32,000 nucleotides of DNA from Nostoc punctiforme PCC 73102 (GCF_000020025.1 NC_010628.1:5910001-5942000); one strand, 5' to 3'; shown: positions 9,601 to 17,824, counted from the stretch's first letter. Notes: generated by a model not told the origin, from the letters alone. Numbers and translations: made by a program.

Positions 9601-9912
9601 CACAACAGAACGCACCCGTAATTTGAGAAATAGCTCACGGGCGCTGAGGGGAATATCGTCTGCTGGGAAATTCAGCCCCAGTAATGATGGTAAACGATTA
9701 TTGTAAATTGACTCAGCAATGACCTGACCATTACCATCGGCATGAAATTTGTAAATCATCACTCGGTCAGTTTTTAATAGCGATCGCACCTCTGCTGTTG
9801 TCACTGTGATAATTTCTTCTAACTCTAAGCTTCGTCGGATACGGTTTGTAATCCGGCGTAGTAAACTTTCTTCCTGGCTATATAAAAAATTTTGTTCAGG
9901 ATTGGAGGTCAT
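6604..9912 (-). CDS. Bilin-photoreceptor histidine kinase: knotless-phytochrome GAF-PHY module, two cyanobacteriochrome-type GAF domains, then HisKA-HATPase
   Basis: 1102 aa. GAF1 has FPADDIPLSARELF and RSVDSCHIEYLTAMGV (Cys137-His). The PHY tongue motifs are WAG (366-368) and PRRSF (379-383). GAF3 and GAF4 are tandem paralogues with GGRYR..ETFAVDDIY...CH (Cys554, Cys737). The H-box is VAHEINNP, the N-box is MNVLSNAIDA, and G-boxes are DNGSGIP and GTGLGLS. Confidence 0.9.
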   Translation of the reverse strand: MTSNPEQNFLYSQEESLLRRITNRIRRSLELEEIITVTTAEVRSLLKTDRVMIYKFHADGNGQVIAESIYNNRLPSLLGLNFPADDIPLSARELFLKLRVRSVVNVDTQEIGQIHLRDLDNGETISEEIRYRSVDSCHIEYLTAMGVKSSVVAPILYQDQLWGLLVSHNSEARLISEYELEAVQMVVEQLSVAIAQSSLLTQVRKTAERETIINRIATLLHSLPTIVLQPALEAAIAAFNGVGGRLCIRNEAFDYYNGNLTSLTECLIPGNTCIKLFICGQQPVMPEQTIYPLIEQYSIWQEHYKSGKYDVWAISDLYNSPDLRSLQVAFQPTKIRGILTIPLQYRQQLLGYLSIFRNEVDTETLWAGQYDSDQRQLYPRRSFEVWRESKKAQAQKWTVEEIELARDIGKHFASAIQQYELQQQVQVFNENLEKQVKRRTVELQRTAEQEQAVFKVIAEIRESLDTDTIFQTTTKEVCQLIKADRVSVYRFDSNWGGEFVGDFEAASPYWSNESEIGINTVWNDTYLQDTEGGRYRNNETFAVDDIYKMGFAKCHIDNLEQFQIHAFVLAPIFVGQKLWGLLATYQHTGPRQWKASEVNFLSQIAAQMGVALQQAELLTQTRQQTLNLQQAAEQQRVLFEVVAKVRKSLDLDAIFQTTTQEICKSLQADRVAVFQFQADWSGEYIAEFVGDGWVKLVGSNTKTVWQDSYLQETQGGRYRHNETFAVDDIYQVGHSQCHVAVLEQIQARAYAIAPIFIGQQLWGLLAAYQNSAPRHWEASEIKFITQIANQLGVALQQAQLHNQTKEQTEKLTQALHDLKQTQTQLIQTEKMSSLGQLVAGVAHEINNPVNFIYGNINHVNNYAQDLLGILDLYLQNTPNPSPEIRDRTFEIDLEFLIEDLPKTLSSMKIGVDRIRQIVLGLRNFSRLDEAEMKPVDIHEGIDSTLLILQHRLKAKPESPAIKLVKEYSELPLVECYAGPLNQVFMNVLSNAIDALEDYRESPSKPHSSQITICTAIGELEGNIKSVVIRIADNGSGIPEALKARICDPFFTTKPVGKGTGLGLSISYQIVVDKHGGVFKCDSQPGLGTEFWIEIPVSQITKF

Positions 9913-10057
9913 TGCCTATAGAAAAATAAATTAGTAGTTTGCAAAATGAGATTAGTAATTCTAACAACATTGTGAAATTTATTTCATCAATTTGTCTTCA
10001 GTAAAACTACGGTCTAATTACTAGTAAAAATATTTTTTACCTTATGTAAAAATTCAT

Positions 10058-10098
10058 CAAAAAAATAATAAAAACAGACGCTAAAAAGTTGCGTCTGT
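10058..10098 (-). terminator. Rho-independent terminator downstream of the ArsA-like gene
   Basis: On the minus strand, acagacgc-aacttttta-gcgtctgt is followed by tttttattattttttt. Confidence 0.75.
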
Positions 10099-10168
10099 AC
10101 TAGCTATTAAGATAGAGTTCTTGCTTGTTAGTTCTAACTTTTTGTTGACAGAAAAACATTCAACAAAA

Positions 10169-11356
10169 TTAAACTCTTGTGTTGTCAGCAAAGCGGATTT
10201 TTAGATAGTCATCTTCCATCTTTGCCCCTCCTGGTTGTAGTGCTGCTAAGGCTTGTGGCAAAACTAAGTTACGACGATGGTTGCCAATAGTAATGTTTAA
10301 TTCGTCTCCGGTTTTACTTAGTTGAACTTGGTCTTTAGGAATCCCAGGTAAATAAATTTCTAAGCTGTATTGGTTTTCCTCTTGCACGACTCTAAGAGTA
10401 GTTTCTTTGTAATAAACCTGAGTCGGATCTTCATCTTTATAAAGAGTTTCCTTGAGGCGTTCCAATGCAGCTAATCCACACATTTCTTCAGAAAATAGGG
10501 GAACTTCTTTCACAGGTAGAGGGTGGAAATTATCATGAATTTCCTGGCGATATTGTTCCTGACTTTCCTTCCAACGTTGGAAAAAGGGATCTTGGACAAC
10601 GCTTGGAATAATCCGATTAGCCACTACTAAATCTGTTGCAACATTATACAAACTCAGATAAGCATGGGCACGCAGAGACTCTTTAATCACCATCTTCTCA
10701 GGATTGGTGACTAGACGCACTGAGGTTTGGGTATTGTCTGTTAATACTTTTTCTAGAGCTTCAATTTGTTCATAAAACTCATAAGGTGCATCCATCACCT
10801 CTTTATCGGGTAGTGAAAAACCAGCAATTGGTCTAAAAAAAGGTTCAACCAAAGGGCGAAGTGCTACCGAGATGTTTTGAAATGGTTTGTAAAAACGGCG
10901 CATATACCAACCACCAACTTCAGGTAGACTCAGCAAGCGCAGTGCAGTGCCAGTGGGGGCTGAGTCGATAATTAAAACATCAAACTCACCTTCATCGTAA
11001 TGGCGTTTCATCCTTACCAAGCCAAAAATCTCATCCATGCCGGGTAAAATCGCCAATTCTTCCGCCTGTACGCCGTCTAAACCCCTCGCCTGTAAAACTT
11101 GGGTAATGTAACGTTTTACAGCACCCCAGTTTCCCTCTAATTCTTGCAGCGCATCCAGTTCTGCGCCCCACAAATTTGGGCGAATTTTTTGGGGTGCGTG
11201 TCCCAGTTCTATGTCAAAACTATCAGCTAGGGAATGAGCTGGATCTGTACTTAAAACCAATGTCTGATAGCCTAGTTCTGCACAACGGAGTCCAGTTGCA
11301 GCAGCGACGGAAGTTTTGCCCACGCCGCCTTTACCAGTCATTAAAATTACACGCAT
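10169..11356 (-). CDS. ArsA/GET3 (TRC40)-family ATPase with a C-terminal HSP20-like domain
   Basis: 395 aa. It has the deviant Walker [16 protein letters not shown], the [12 protein letters not shown] signature, and a C-terminal beta-rich [17 protein letters not shown]...LKIRF. Confidence 0.85.
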   Translation of the reverse strand: MRVILMTGKGGVGKTSVAAATGLRCAELGYQTLVLSTDPAHSLADSFDIELGHAPQKIRPNLWGAELDALQELEGNWGAVKRYITQVLQARGLDGVQAEELAILPGMDEIFGLVRMKRHYDEGEFDVLIIDSAPTGTALRLLSLPEVGGWYMRRFYKPFQNISVALRPLVEPFFRPIAGFSLPDKEVMDAPYEFYEQIEALEKVLTDNTQTSVRLVTNPEKMVIKESLRAHAYLSLYNVATDLVVANRIIPSVVQDPFFQRWKESQEQYRQEIHDNFHPLPVKEVPLFSEEMCGLAALERLKETLYKDEDPTQVYYKETTLRVVQEENQYSLEIYLPGIPKDQVQLSKTGDELNITIGNHRRNLVLPQALAALQPGGAKMEDDYLKIRFADNTRV

Positions 11357-11547
11357 AGATGCTTCTATCCTGCCTGAGAATTTTTTACATTTATTTACAT
11401 TATCGACTGTTTAAGGAAAATAAATGTTGTCTCCAGACATGAACAGCGTCTAAATCTAGGGCGCGATCGCGGCAAAGCTAGCGTGGAGGAATCATTCTAT
11501 CAATGAATGCAGGAGGCAGAGGACAATTTTCCTCATACCTTCCGTCT

Positions 11548-11663
11548 CAATACTTTTCGGTTAAACCCAATAATCTCTCTTTTGGTCTGGGAAAAGGTTA
11601 CTGGGCTTTGGGGAAAGGGAAATTCAAACCCTTTCCCTTTCCCCCAAAACCCGAAAAGTATTG
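11548..11663 (-). mobile_element. MITE-like element copy B (~116 bp), inverted relative to copy A
   Basis: caatacttttcggttaaacccaataatc...cccgaaaagtattg. Its reverse complement aligns with 6403-6512 with a few indels. The listed ORF 11507-11704 is read-through. ccgtct occurs on both flanks (11543-11548 and 11667-11672), a weak hint of a target-site duplication. Confidence 0.75.
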
Positions 11664-11703
11664 CCCTCCGTCTCCTTAGAGGTACGAAAAAAGAAGACGA
11701 TTA

Positions 11704-11747
11704 AAAAACCAGGTTTTTTACTGAGCAAAGTAAAAAATCTGGTTTTT
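11704..11747. terminator. 19-bp-arm hairpin with A/T tracts on both sides (possible bidirectional terminator, downstream of the PG-binding gene)
   Basis: aaaaaccaggttttttact-gagcaa-agtaaaaaatctggttttt, with one mismatch in the arms. Confidence 0.45.
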
Positions 11748-11922
11748 AAGTTGATGTTTTCTAGTTAGTGGTTTAAGGCTGGTTGATTAGTATAAATTAT
11801 AACCATAAACCAAAATCTGTTCTGGAACCTTACATTGCAAGCAATGCGAGGGTAAGATTTTGACCTGAAGTTGAGAATATGGGTAAAGGGCTTGGGAAGT
11901 TCTCCAAGAGCGATCGCTTTGT

Positions 11923-12753
11923 TTACTTCTTATTCCAGAGACTTAAAAATGCTTGAGAGATAGCTGGGGTAATCTGACTTTGTAAGTGATTTAGTGCATC
12001 ACGATGGTTTTGATTGTTGTCATCATAATAAATGAACAAATTTGTCAGCTTGACAATCTCAGGATTTTGGTCGTTTGTCCCTCTCCATTTGTTAGTAACT
12101 TTGTGTAAAACGTCCTTGGGTAGGTTTTGTTGTAAGTTATTTAACGCTGCGATGTAAGAAGGATTTTGAGGATTCTTTTTGAATTGGAAGCACAAATCTA
12201 TCAGCTTGAGTTGTGATTGTGGCGGGGTTGGAGGCTTATCTGTTAGGTTTGGCTGCTGTAGAATTTGACGCTGTTCAAAAGTGGCAATGCCATTTTCAGT
12301 TAAACCCTGAGATTTCTGAAATTTCTTGACTGCTGTATAAGTGGCTGGCCCATAAAAAGGCTTGTCTTGAGGAATTTCGGCAGGGGTTGCAAAACCGTGA
12401 AACTTCAATCTATTTTGAAGCCCTTTGACTGTCTCTTCCATTACAGTCCGAGTTTCAGCATCAGCGTTACCATTTACCACAAGTTTTTGTGAGTACTGCT
12501 TCTGAAACTTTTTAATCGCTTCTTCAGTGAGATCGTCTGTCAATGAGTTGTTATTGCGCTTCCAGGGAGCAAATTTAGTGAGATCCGGCTTCGGATCAAT
12601 CTCAGGTGCTAAATATCCCAGCCCGATCAAGATATGACGGATGACTTCAGGGCTACTAATGGCCATGCTCTTCGATTCCTTTGCTACTAAACTACCATTT
12701 AATGTATCTGGTTTTACAAAAATTAAGTAAGTAGAGATAAATAAATCTAACAT
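11923..12753 (-). CDS. Peptidoglycan-binding (PG_binding_1-like) repeat protein
   Basis: There are two PGB-like units (EEAIKKFQKQYSQKLVVNGNADAETRTVMEE; TYTAVKKFQKSQGLTENGIATFEQRQIL). The start is ambiguous: ATG at 12753, or the internal ATG at 12666 (MAISSPEV...) preceded by aagga. Confidence 0.65.
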   Translation of the reverse strand: MLDLFISTYLIFVKPDTLNGSLVAKESKSMAISSPEVIRHILIGLGYLAPEIDPKPDLTKFAPWKRNNNSLTDDLTEEAIKKFQKQYSQKLVVNGNADAETRTVMEETVKGLQNRLKFHGFATPAEIPQDKPFYGPATYTAVKKFQKSQGLTENGIATFEQRQILQQPNLTDKPPTPPQSQLKLIDLCFQFKKNPQNPSYIAALNNLQQNLPKDVLHKVTNKWRGTNDQNPEIVKLTNLFIYYDDNNQNHRDALNHLQSQITPAISQAFLSLWNKK

Positions 12754-13130
12754 ATCTTATTTGCAAGGCGTTCCAAAAGTTAAGCGATGTGTCACCCCAA
12801 GTTACTTTTCTAGAAGAGGTTCGGCGTAAGTAACTAAACACCTGAACAAAGAAAAGTGGTTTTAAGTCTTGGTGAGCGATCGCGATCGCTGGTTCTCAAC
12901 TATTGATGATGATACTACGTGCTGGCATACATCTTAAGTTACAGACTGCTACACTTCGCACTCGTTCGATAACGCATCAACGAAGTGTGAAAGCACTTGA
13001 TTGGTTGAATGTATTTTTAGCAGATATTCAGGATCTATGGCTGCGATCGCAACTCTTGCCTTAATTTTCTTCTGGTTTTTCATGCGCGAAACTAAATCTA
13101 CAGCCTATCCGGTAAGCTCTAAATCGGGGC

Positions 13131-14342
13131 TTGCTACGTTTAGGGAATAGAGCAATGGTAGTTTTGCGATATCTCGTGATTATTATCACTTACATCGGGC
13201 TAGGGTTAGGATACTTGCCCGGACTGCGGATGAATCGGGCGACGATCGCCATTGTTGGTGCTGCCTTCTTAATGGCATTGAGAGTGCTAGATTTGCCTGC
13301 GGCGTGGGGTGCGATCGACTACAAAACACTAATTTTTCTATTTGGCATGATGGTAATCAGTGCCAATCTCGCCGCCTCTGGTTTTTTTCAGCTTGCCCTT
13401 GATTACACAATCCGCCGCATCCACAGCCCATTTGGGTTATTGGTAGTGTTAACTTTTGGCAGTGGCATCCTCTCAGCACTTTTTCTCAATGATACGATTG
13501 CTCTAATTTTGACACCTTTAGTAGTTGGTATTACCCAATTACTCAAGCTTAAACCTATTCCCTATTTGCTGGCGCTAGCAGGTGCAACTAATCTCGGTTC
13601 TGTTGCCACCTTGAGCGGTAATCCTCAAAATATCTTGATCGGTTCCTTTTCTGGCATTAGTTATCTAGACTTTGCGAAAGCCTTAACACCACTTGCGTTG
13701 ATTTGTTTGACGATTCAGGTATGTTTATTGTGGTGGTTATATCCAGAGGTGCGATCGCTTCGTCCTTACTTAAAAGTAAAACCCCCGCGTTATCACATCT
13801 TCAAGCCACTGTTAATTAAAAGTCTATTGATTACCACCGGATTACTGGTAGCATTTTTAATCGGAATTCCTACTGCTGAAGTTACCTTAATTGCCGCCGC
13901 ACTATTACTGGTAACGCGCCGCCTCAAGCCTGAGCGAATTTTACAAAAGGTAGACTGGGATTTGCTATTAATGTTTTGTGGACTGTTCATCCTTACCGAA
14001 GGTGTGCAAAAACTTGGTTCTTTAGAATGGCTTTCTCGTTTTGTTGACGATCCCTTGAGCATTTTGGGGATAACAGCGTTGCTATCAAATTTAGTGTCGA
14101 ATGTACCGGCTGTACTGCTACTACATCATCTAATTCCCCATCCCGACACCCACACTTGGCTACTACTAGCGGCGGCTTCAACACTAGCAGGAAATCTCAC
14201 CCTGCTGGGTTCGGTGGCAAACTTGATTGTGGCGGAGGCTGTTGCCAAACAGGGGTATCAACTCACTTTTGGGGAACATTTGCGATTTGGGCTACCGCTA
14301 ACTGCTATCACTTTGATGCTTACCTATTTTTGGCTTGCTTAA
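13131..14342 (+). CDS. ArsB/NhaD-superfamily (citrate-transporter-like) anion permease
   Basis: About 400-aa polytopic membrane ORF with GNPQNILIG and SNLVSNVPAVLLL motifs. The listed TTG start is at 13131, but the in-frame ATG at 13155 (MVVLRYLV...) is the more likely start. Confidence 0.75.
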   Translation: MLRLGNRAMVVLRYLVIIITYIGLGLGYLPGLRMNRATIAIVGAAFLMALRVLDLPAAWGAIDYKTLIFLFGMMVISANLAASGFFQLALDYTIRRIHSPFGLLVVLTFGSGILSALFLNDTIALILTPLVVGITQLLKLKPIPYLLALAGATNLGSVATLSGNPQNILIGSFSGISYLDFAKALTPLALICLTIQVCLLWWLYPEVRSLRPYLKVKPPRYHIFKPLLIKSLLITTGLLVAFLIGIPTAEVTLIAAALLLVTRRLKPERILQKVDWDLLLMFCGLFILTEGVQKLGSLEWLSRFVDDPLSILGITALLSNLVSNVPAVLLLHHLIPHPDTHTWLLLAAASTLAGNLTLLGSVANLIVAEAVAKQGYQLTFGEHLRFGLPLTAITLMLTYFWLA

Positions 14343-14413
14343 AATCATCAATGAAAATCGTGATGTAACATACAAATATATAACTGTAGTATAAATCTAT
14401 CAATTACAAGCAA

Positions 14414-14959
14414 ATGAGTGATTCTCGTCTCGTCAAAATCAGCAAATATCTCAGCAAATATCTACGACACACACCGGATGCGATTGGAATTAAACTTGCT
14501 CCTGGTGGTTGGGTTGCTGTTGATGAATTAATTACCGCTTGTGCTAAAAATAAGTTTCCAATTACCCGTCAAGAATTAGAGGCAGTAGTAGAATCTAGCG
14601 AGAAACAACGTTTTTCTTTTGATTCGACAGGTACTCTGATTCGGGCTAACCAAGGACATAGTGTAGAAGTCGATTTACAATTAGAACCTGTTGTTCCCCC
14701 AGATGAGCTTTATCACGGCACGGGACACAAATCTGTAGATTCAATTATGGAAACAGGACTTTGCAAGATGTCACGGCATCATGTCCATTTATCCAAGGAT
14801 ATTGCAACAGCACAAACTGTTGGTGCAAGACATGGAAAACCAGTAGTTTTTGCTATATCTGCTGCCGCAATGCATCAGGCGGGTTACATCTTCTATTGTT
14901 CTGATAATGGTGTTTGGCTAGTGGATCGTGTACCACCTGAGTATCTCCAAAAAATTTGA
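14414..14959 (+). CDS. kptA: RNA 2'-phosphotransferase, Tpt1/KptA family
   Basis: 181 aa. Motifs: KISKYLSKYLRHTPD, GGWVAVDELI, RANQGHS, LYHGT, HVHLS. Confidence 0.85.
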   Translation: MSDSRLVKISKYLSKYLRHTPDAIGIKLAPGGWVAVDELITACAKNKFPITRQELEAVVESSEKQRFSFDSTGTLIRANQGHSVEVDLQLEPVVPPDELYHGTGHKSVDSIMETGLCKMSRHHVHLSKDIATAQTVGARHGKPVVFAISAAAMHQAGYIFYCSDNGVWLVDRVPPEYLQKI

Positions 14960-14994
14960 ATTTTTATCGGTTGTTAATAGTGATTTATAAATAA

Positions 14995-15072
14995 ACACTT
15001 GTAGAGATGGCGATTTACCACGTCTCAAAACCCCAAAATTTTTGCCAGTAGCCCTTAAATGACCGTATTGGG
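14995..15072. repeat. Dispersed ~75-bp repeat (copy 2 of the 5105-5180 family)
   Basis: acacttgtagagatggcgatttaccacgtctcaaaaccccaaaatttttgccagtagccc...cgtattgg. Confidence 0.75.
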
Positions 15073-15094
15073 TTATAAAGATAGCAATCAATAG

Positions 15095-15122
15095 ATACAA
15101 AAAAGTCCGCTTTCGCGGACTT
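15095..15122 (-). terminator. Intrinsic terminator oriented for the minus strand (8-bp GC stem, GAAA loop, U-tract)
   Basis: On the minus strand, aagtccgc-gaaa-gcggactt is followed by ttttttg. It lies 460 nt downstream of the cbiG-cobJ stop. Confidence 0.6.
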
Positions 15123-15463
15123 ATAATAAGGGCTTCTGTCACTTTTTCGGCTACAATCATGTATGAATCATGATGCTTTTATTGTTAATGATCGACCAAA
15201 AAAAATCAAGATATTTCAGCTAAAACAATGGACATATTTACTGGAATTATATCTTTTTGCAAGTACTCAAGATAATTAAATATCTAATTGTATAAAATGA
15301 ATTTTGTTCTTATTTGGTTGTCCTAAAAAACAAATTTATAATAACACGAATTGACTTAAATATAAAAGTATATTTGGACAAAATACAGATAGATATGTCT
15401 TTTGAAAGTTCGATATTTACATGGCTTTTAGATTAAAAATGTAAAGGTGGTCAGGTATAACAG

Positions 15464-15499
15464 CCCCAGGAATGAATTCCCAGTCCTGGGGTTTTATTA
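15464..15499 (+). terminator. Intrinsic terminator oriented for the plus strand
   Basis: ccccagga-atgaattcccag-tcctgggg is followed by ttttatta. No annotated plus-strand gene ends just upstream. Confidence 0.5.
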
Positions 15500-15582
15500 T
15501 GCGATCGCACAGAAAAATGGATTTAAAAAATGCCTCCCCAACAAAGGAGAAGTTTGCCTTATTTTTACAGGGCTTATCATGC

Positions 15583-17310
15583 TTATTCTTGCGTATAGCG
15601 GCGCGGTGTATAAACCCAGAGATTACCATCGCTGCGTTTGATGGTTCGGGTTTTTGTGGAACCAACGAGAATAATTGTTCGCATATCAGCGCTTGCTGGT
15701 GTTAACTGGTCAAGTGCGATCGCTTTCACCGTCTGTCCTGGTCTGCCGAGATTCCGCGCCAATACTACTGGGGTATCCGGTGTTCTATGTCGCAGCAAAA
15801 TATTTCTCGCTTCTGCCAGTTGCCAAGTACGTTCTTTGGAAACAGGATTGTAGAAAGCGATTACGAAATCAGCCTCGGCAGCAGCAGCAATTCGTTGTTC
15901 GATCGCAGACCAAGGCTTCAAGATATCAGAGAGGGAAATAGCACAGAAGTCATGTCCAAGGGGCGCACCAATGGCTGCTGCTGCTGCCTGCATAGCTGAA
16001 ATGCCTGGTGCTACATGAATATCGATAGTGTCCCATTCGGGTTTGGCATAGCGATCGCACACTTCAAAAACTGCTGTTGCCATTGCATAGATACCAGGGT
16101 CGCCAGATGAAACCACAGCGACATATCGCCCAGATGCTGCCAAATCAAGGGCCATTTTTGCCCGTGCTTCTTCTTCACGGTTGTCAGACTCATGCCGTTG
16201 CTTGCCGTCAGCCAGAGAACCGATTAAATCTAAATAAGTTTTATAACCCACTAGGTCAGTTGCCGACTTGAGTATCTCCTTGACTTCGGGAGACATCCAT
16301 TGCGCTCCACCAGGCCCCGTGCCTATAATCGCTAACCTTCCGCGTGGTTGACCGATGGTGTCGGGGTCAATTGGTTGGGGGGCAATAGCGATCGCAACAT
16401 CGGGAGATGAGGAAGATAAGAGAGATGTGCCTGTAGCTGCGATCGCTGCTGCTTGGGCAGGGCTATAACCTTGTGATAACAGACTTTCTAGCTGATTTGG
16501 GGTAAAAAAGCGAGCAGGTACTCCCAAGGCGTTAGCTACAGCATTAACTGCGGGATTGGCTGCGGCGGTGATGGGTGCAAATATCCCGGCGACTGATGTT
16601 TTTTCTAGTGCGGCATCGGCTAGTAGCTGGTGTACTAAAGCTACTGCATCATCAATGATGCCATTAATTGCGATCGCGATCGTTGCTGGGTGATACACAA
16701 GACAGTTGGCTATAGGAGTTACCAAACGTTCCGTAACTTGGATGGTCAAATCTCCATTGGGATCTATGGGTAATTTACTATCGCTCAACCAAGGCGCTAT
16801 GCCTTCTAGTCTGACTTCTGCCCCAGCTAGCACATCCGAGATAAATTTCTTAGCATCGTCTGGGTTTGCTAAACGGTATGCGGGAGGAGGAGACAAGAGC
16901 GTTGTACCCAAACGTAAATCACCTGTAGTTGTAATTGCAGGTTTAACATCAAGCGCTTCGGCAATGCGGCGGGCCAAATCGTTTACCCCACCAAGCCCGC
17001 CCAAAAGGGGGACAACAGCACTACCATCTTCAGCCACAGCTAATACAGGTGGTTCCTGCTGTTTATCCGAGAGTATGGGAGCTAGCGTCCTAATTAAAAT
17101 TCCGGCGGCACAAATGCCAATTAGCGGCGTTCCCTGAGCAAATAACTCGCGTAACGTGTCGCCAAAATTAGTAAAGCTGACATCTACTCCCGATGTACGA
17201 CCCGCTAGACCGTATAGCGTTGCTCCTGGTAAAACGCTGATTATTTTGCGTGCTACTGTCACGCTATTTTGACCTAGTACTACAATGGCGGGTGCAACGT
17301 TCATGATCAT
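15583..17310 (-). CDS. cobJ: Bifunctional CbiG / precorrin-3B C17-methyltransferase (CobJ/CbiH-type) fusion
   Basis: 575 aa. The N-terminal ~300 aa are CbiG-like. The C-terminal TP-methylase domain has GRLAIIGTGPGG, LVGYKTYLDLI, VVSSGDPGIYAMA and APGISAMQAAAA. Confidence 0.85.
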   Translation of the reverse strand: MIMNVAPAIVVLGQNSVTVARKIISVLPGATLYGLAGRTSGVDVSFTNFGDTLRELFAQGTPLIGICAAGILIRTLAPILSDKQQEPPVLAVAEDGSAVVPLLGGLGGVNDLARRIAEALDVKPAITTTGDLRLGTTLLSPPPAYRLANPDDAKKFISDVLAGAEVRLEGIAPWLSDSKLPIDPNGDLTIQVTERLVTPIANCLVYHPATIAIAINGIIDDAVALVHQLLADAALEKTSVAGIFAPITAAANPAVNAVANALGVPARFFTPNQLESLLSQGYSPAQAAAIAATGTSLLSSSSPDVAIAIAPQPIDPDTIGQPRGRLAIIGTGPGGAQWMSPEVKEILKSATDLVGYKTYLDLIGSLADGKQRHESDNREEEARAKMALDLAASGRYVAVVSSGDPGIYAMATAVFEVCDRYAKPEWDTIDIHVAPGISAMQAAAAAIGAPLGHDFCAISLSDILKPWSAIEQRIAAAAEADFVIAFYNPVSKERTWQLAEARNILLRHRTPDTPVVLARNLGRPGQTVKAIALDQLTPASADMRTIILVGSTKTRTIKRSDGNLWVYTPRRYTQE

Positions 17311-17575
17311 AAAACTTTTTTTATTATAGATATCTTAAAAAAGTCGATATCTTTAAAATGAAACCACAGATTTAGTCATAAAAAGACCTCCCGTTTACAA
17401 GATTGGGGAATTCAGAGTGCGCGGGCTTCTCTTTGCGCGTCCATCTTCGCAGTGGCTTTCAAAAACCTATTTTGGGTTTATCCCATATTAGGTTTTAGAA
17501 TTTAACAGAGTTTAGAAATATGTACTAGCTCTCATTGAGATCGAATAAATCATCGCCAGAAAAAGGCAAGCGAAA

Positions 17576-17824
17576 GTGCCTAAATCAGTTTTCAGCGAAG
17601 AGTACAATCGGTTTCGCCAGCTACTTATCGAAGCCCGCAAAGCTGCCAAACTCACTCAAGCAGAGTTGTCGGCAAAGCTAAAACTTCCACAGTCTTATGT
17701 ATCAAAGTATGAACGTGGAGAACGTCGACTTGATGTGATTAAATTTTTACAAGTTGCTCAAGTCTTGGAAATAGATCCGCTTGCTTTTATCGAAGAACTA
17801 CTGAAATATCAAAAGGAGATATAA
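17576..17824 (+). CDS. XRE-family HTH controller (C) protein of the R-M module
   Basis: 82 aa with a GTG start. The HTH is LTQAELSAKLKLPQSYVSKYERGERRLD. It lies immediately upstream of, and is coupled to, the endonuclease frame. Confidence 0.75.
   Translation: MPKSVFSEEYNRFRQLLIEARKAAKLTQAELSAKLKLPQSYVSKYERGERRLDVIKFLQVAQVLEIDPLAFIEELLKYQKEI

Noticed and set aside
6403-11663. Composite transposon formed by the two MITE copies
   Set aside because: The copies are short and non-autonomous, I could not identify matching target-site duplications at the outer ends, and the enclosed genes look like ordinary chromosomal genes. The arrangement is kept only as an inversion/hotspot observation.
13793-14368. 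Several 60-90-aa ORFs overlapping the permease gene
   Set aside because: They are antisense or out-of-frame with respect to a long, clearly membrane-protein ORF.
14918-15160. 80-aa minus-strand ORF
   Set aside because: It runs through the dispersed 75-bp repeat and the terminator hairpin and overlaps the kptA 3' end, so it is almost certainly non-coding.
15417-17137. Multiple 60-143-aa ORFs overlapping cbiG-cobJ on either strand
   Set aside because: These are typical GC-rich-gene shadow ORFs, and the 575-aa frame carries all the recognisable motifs.
17311-17575. Search for a cobalamin riboswitch upstream of cbiG-cobJ
   Set aside because: Neither strand shows the GGGAA...GGTG.AAATCC...CCCGCAACTGT core or a B12 box in this leader.
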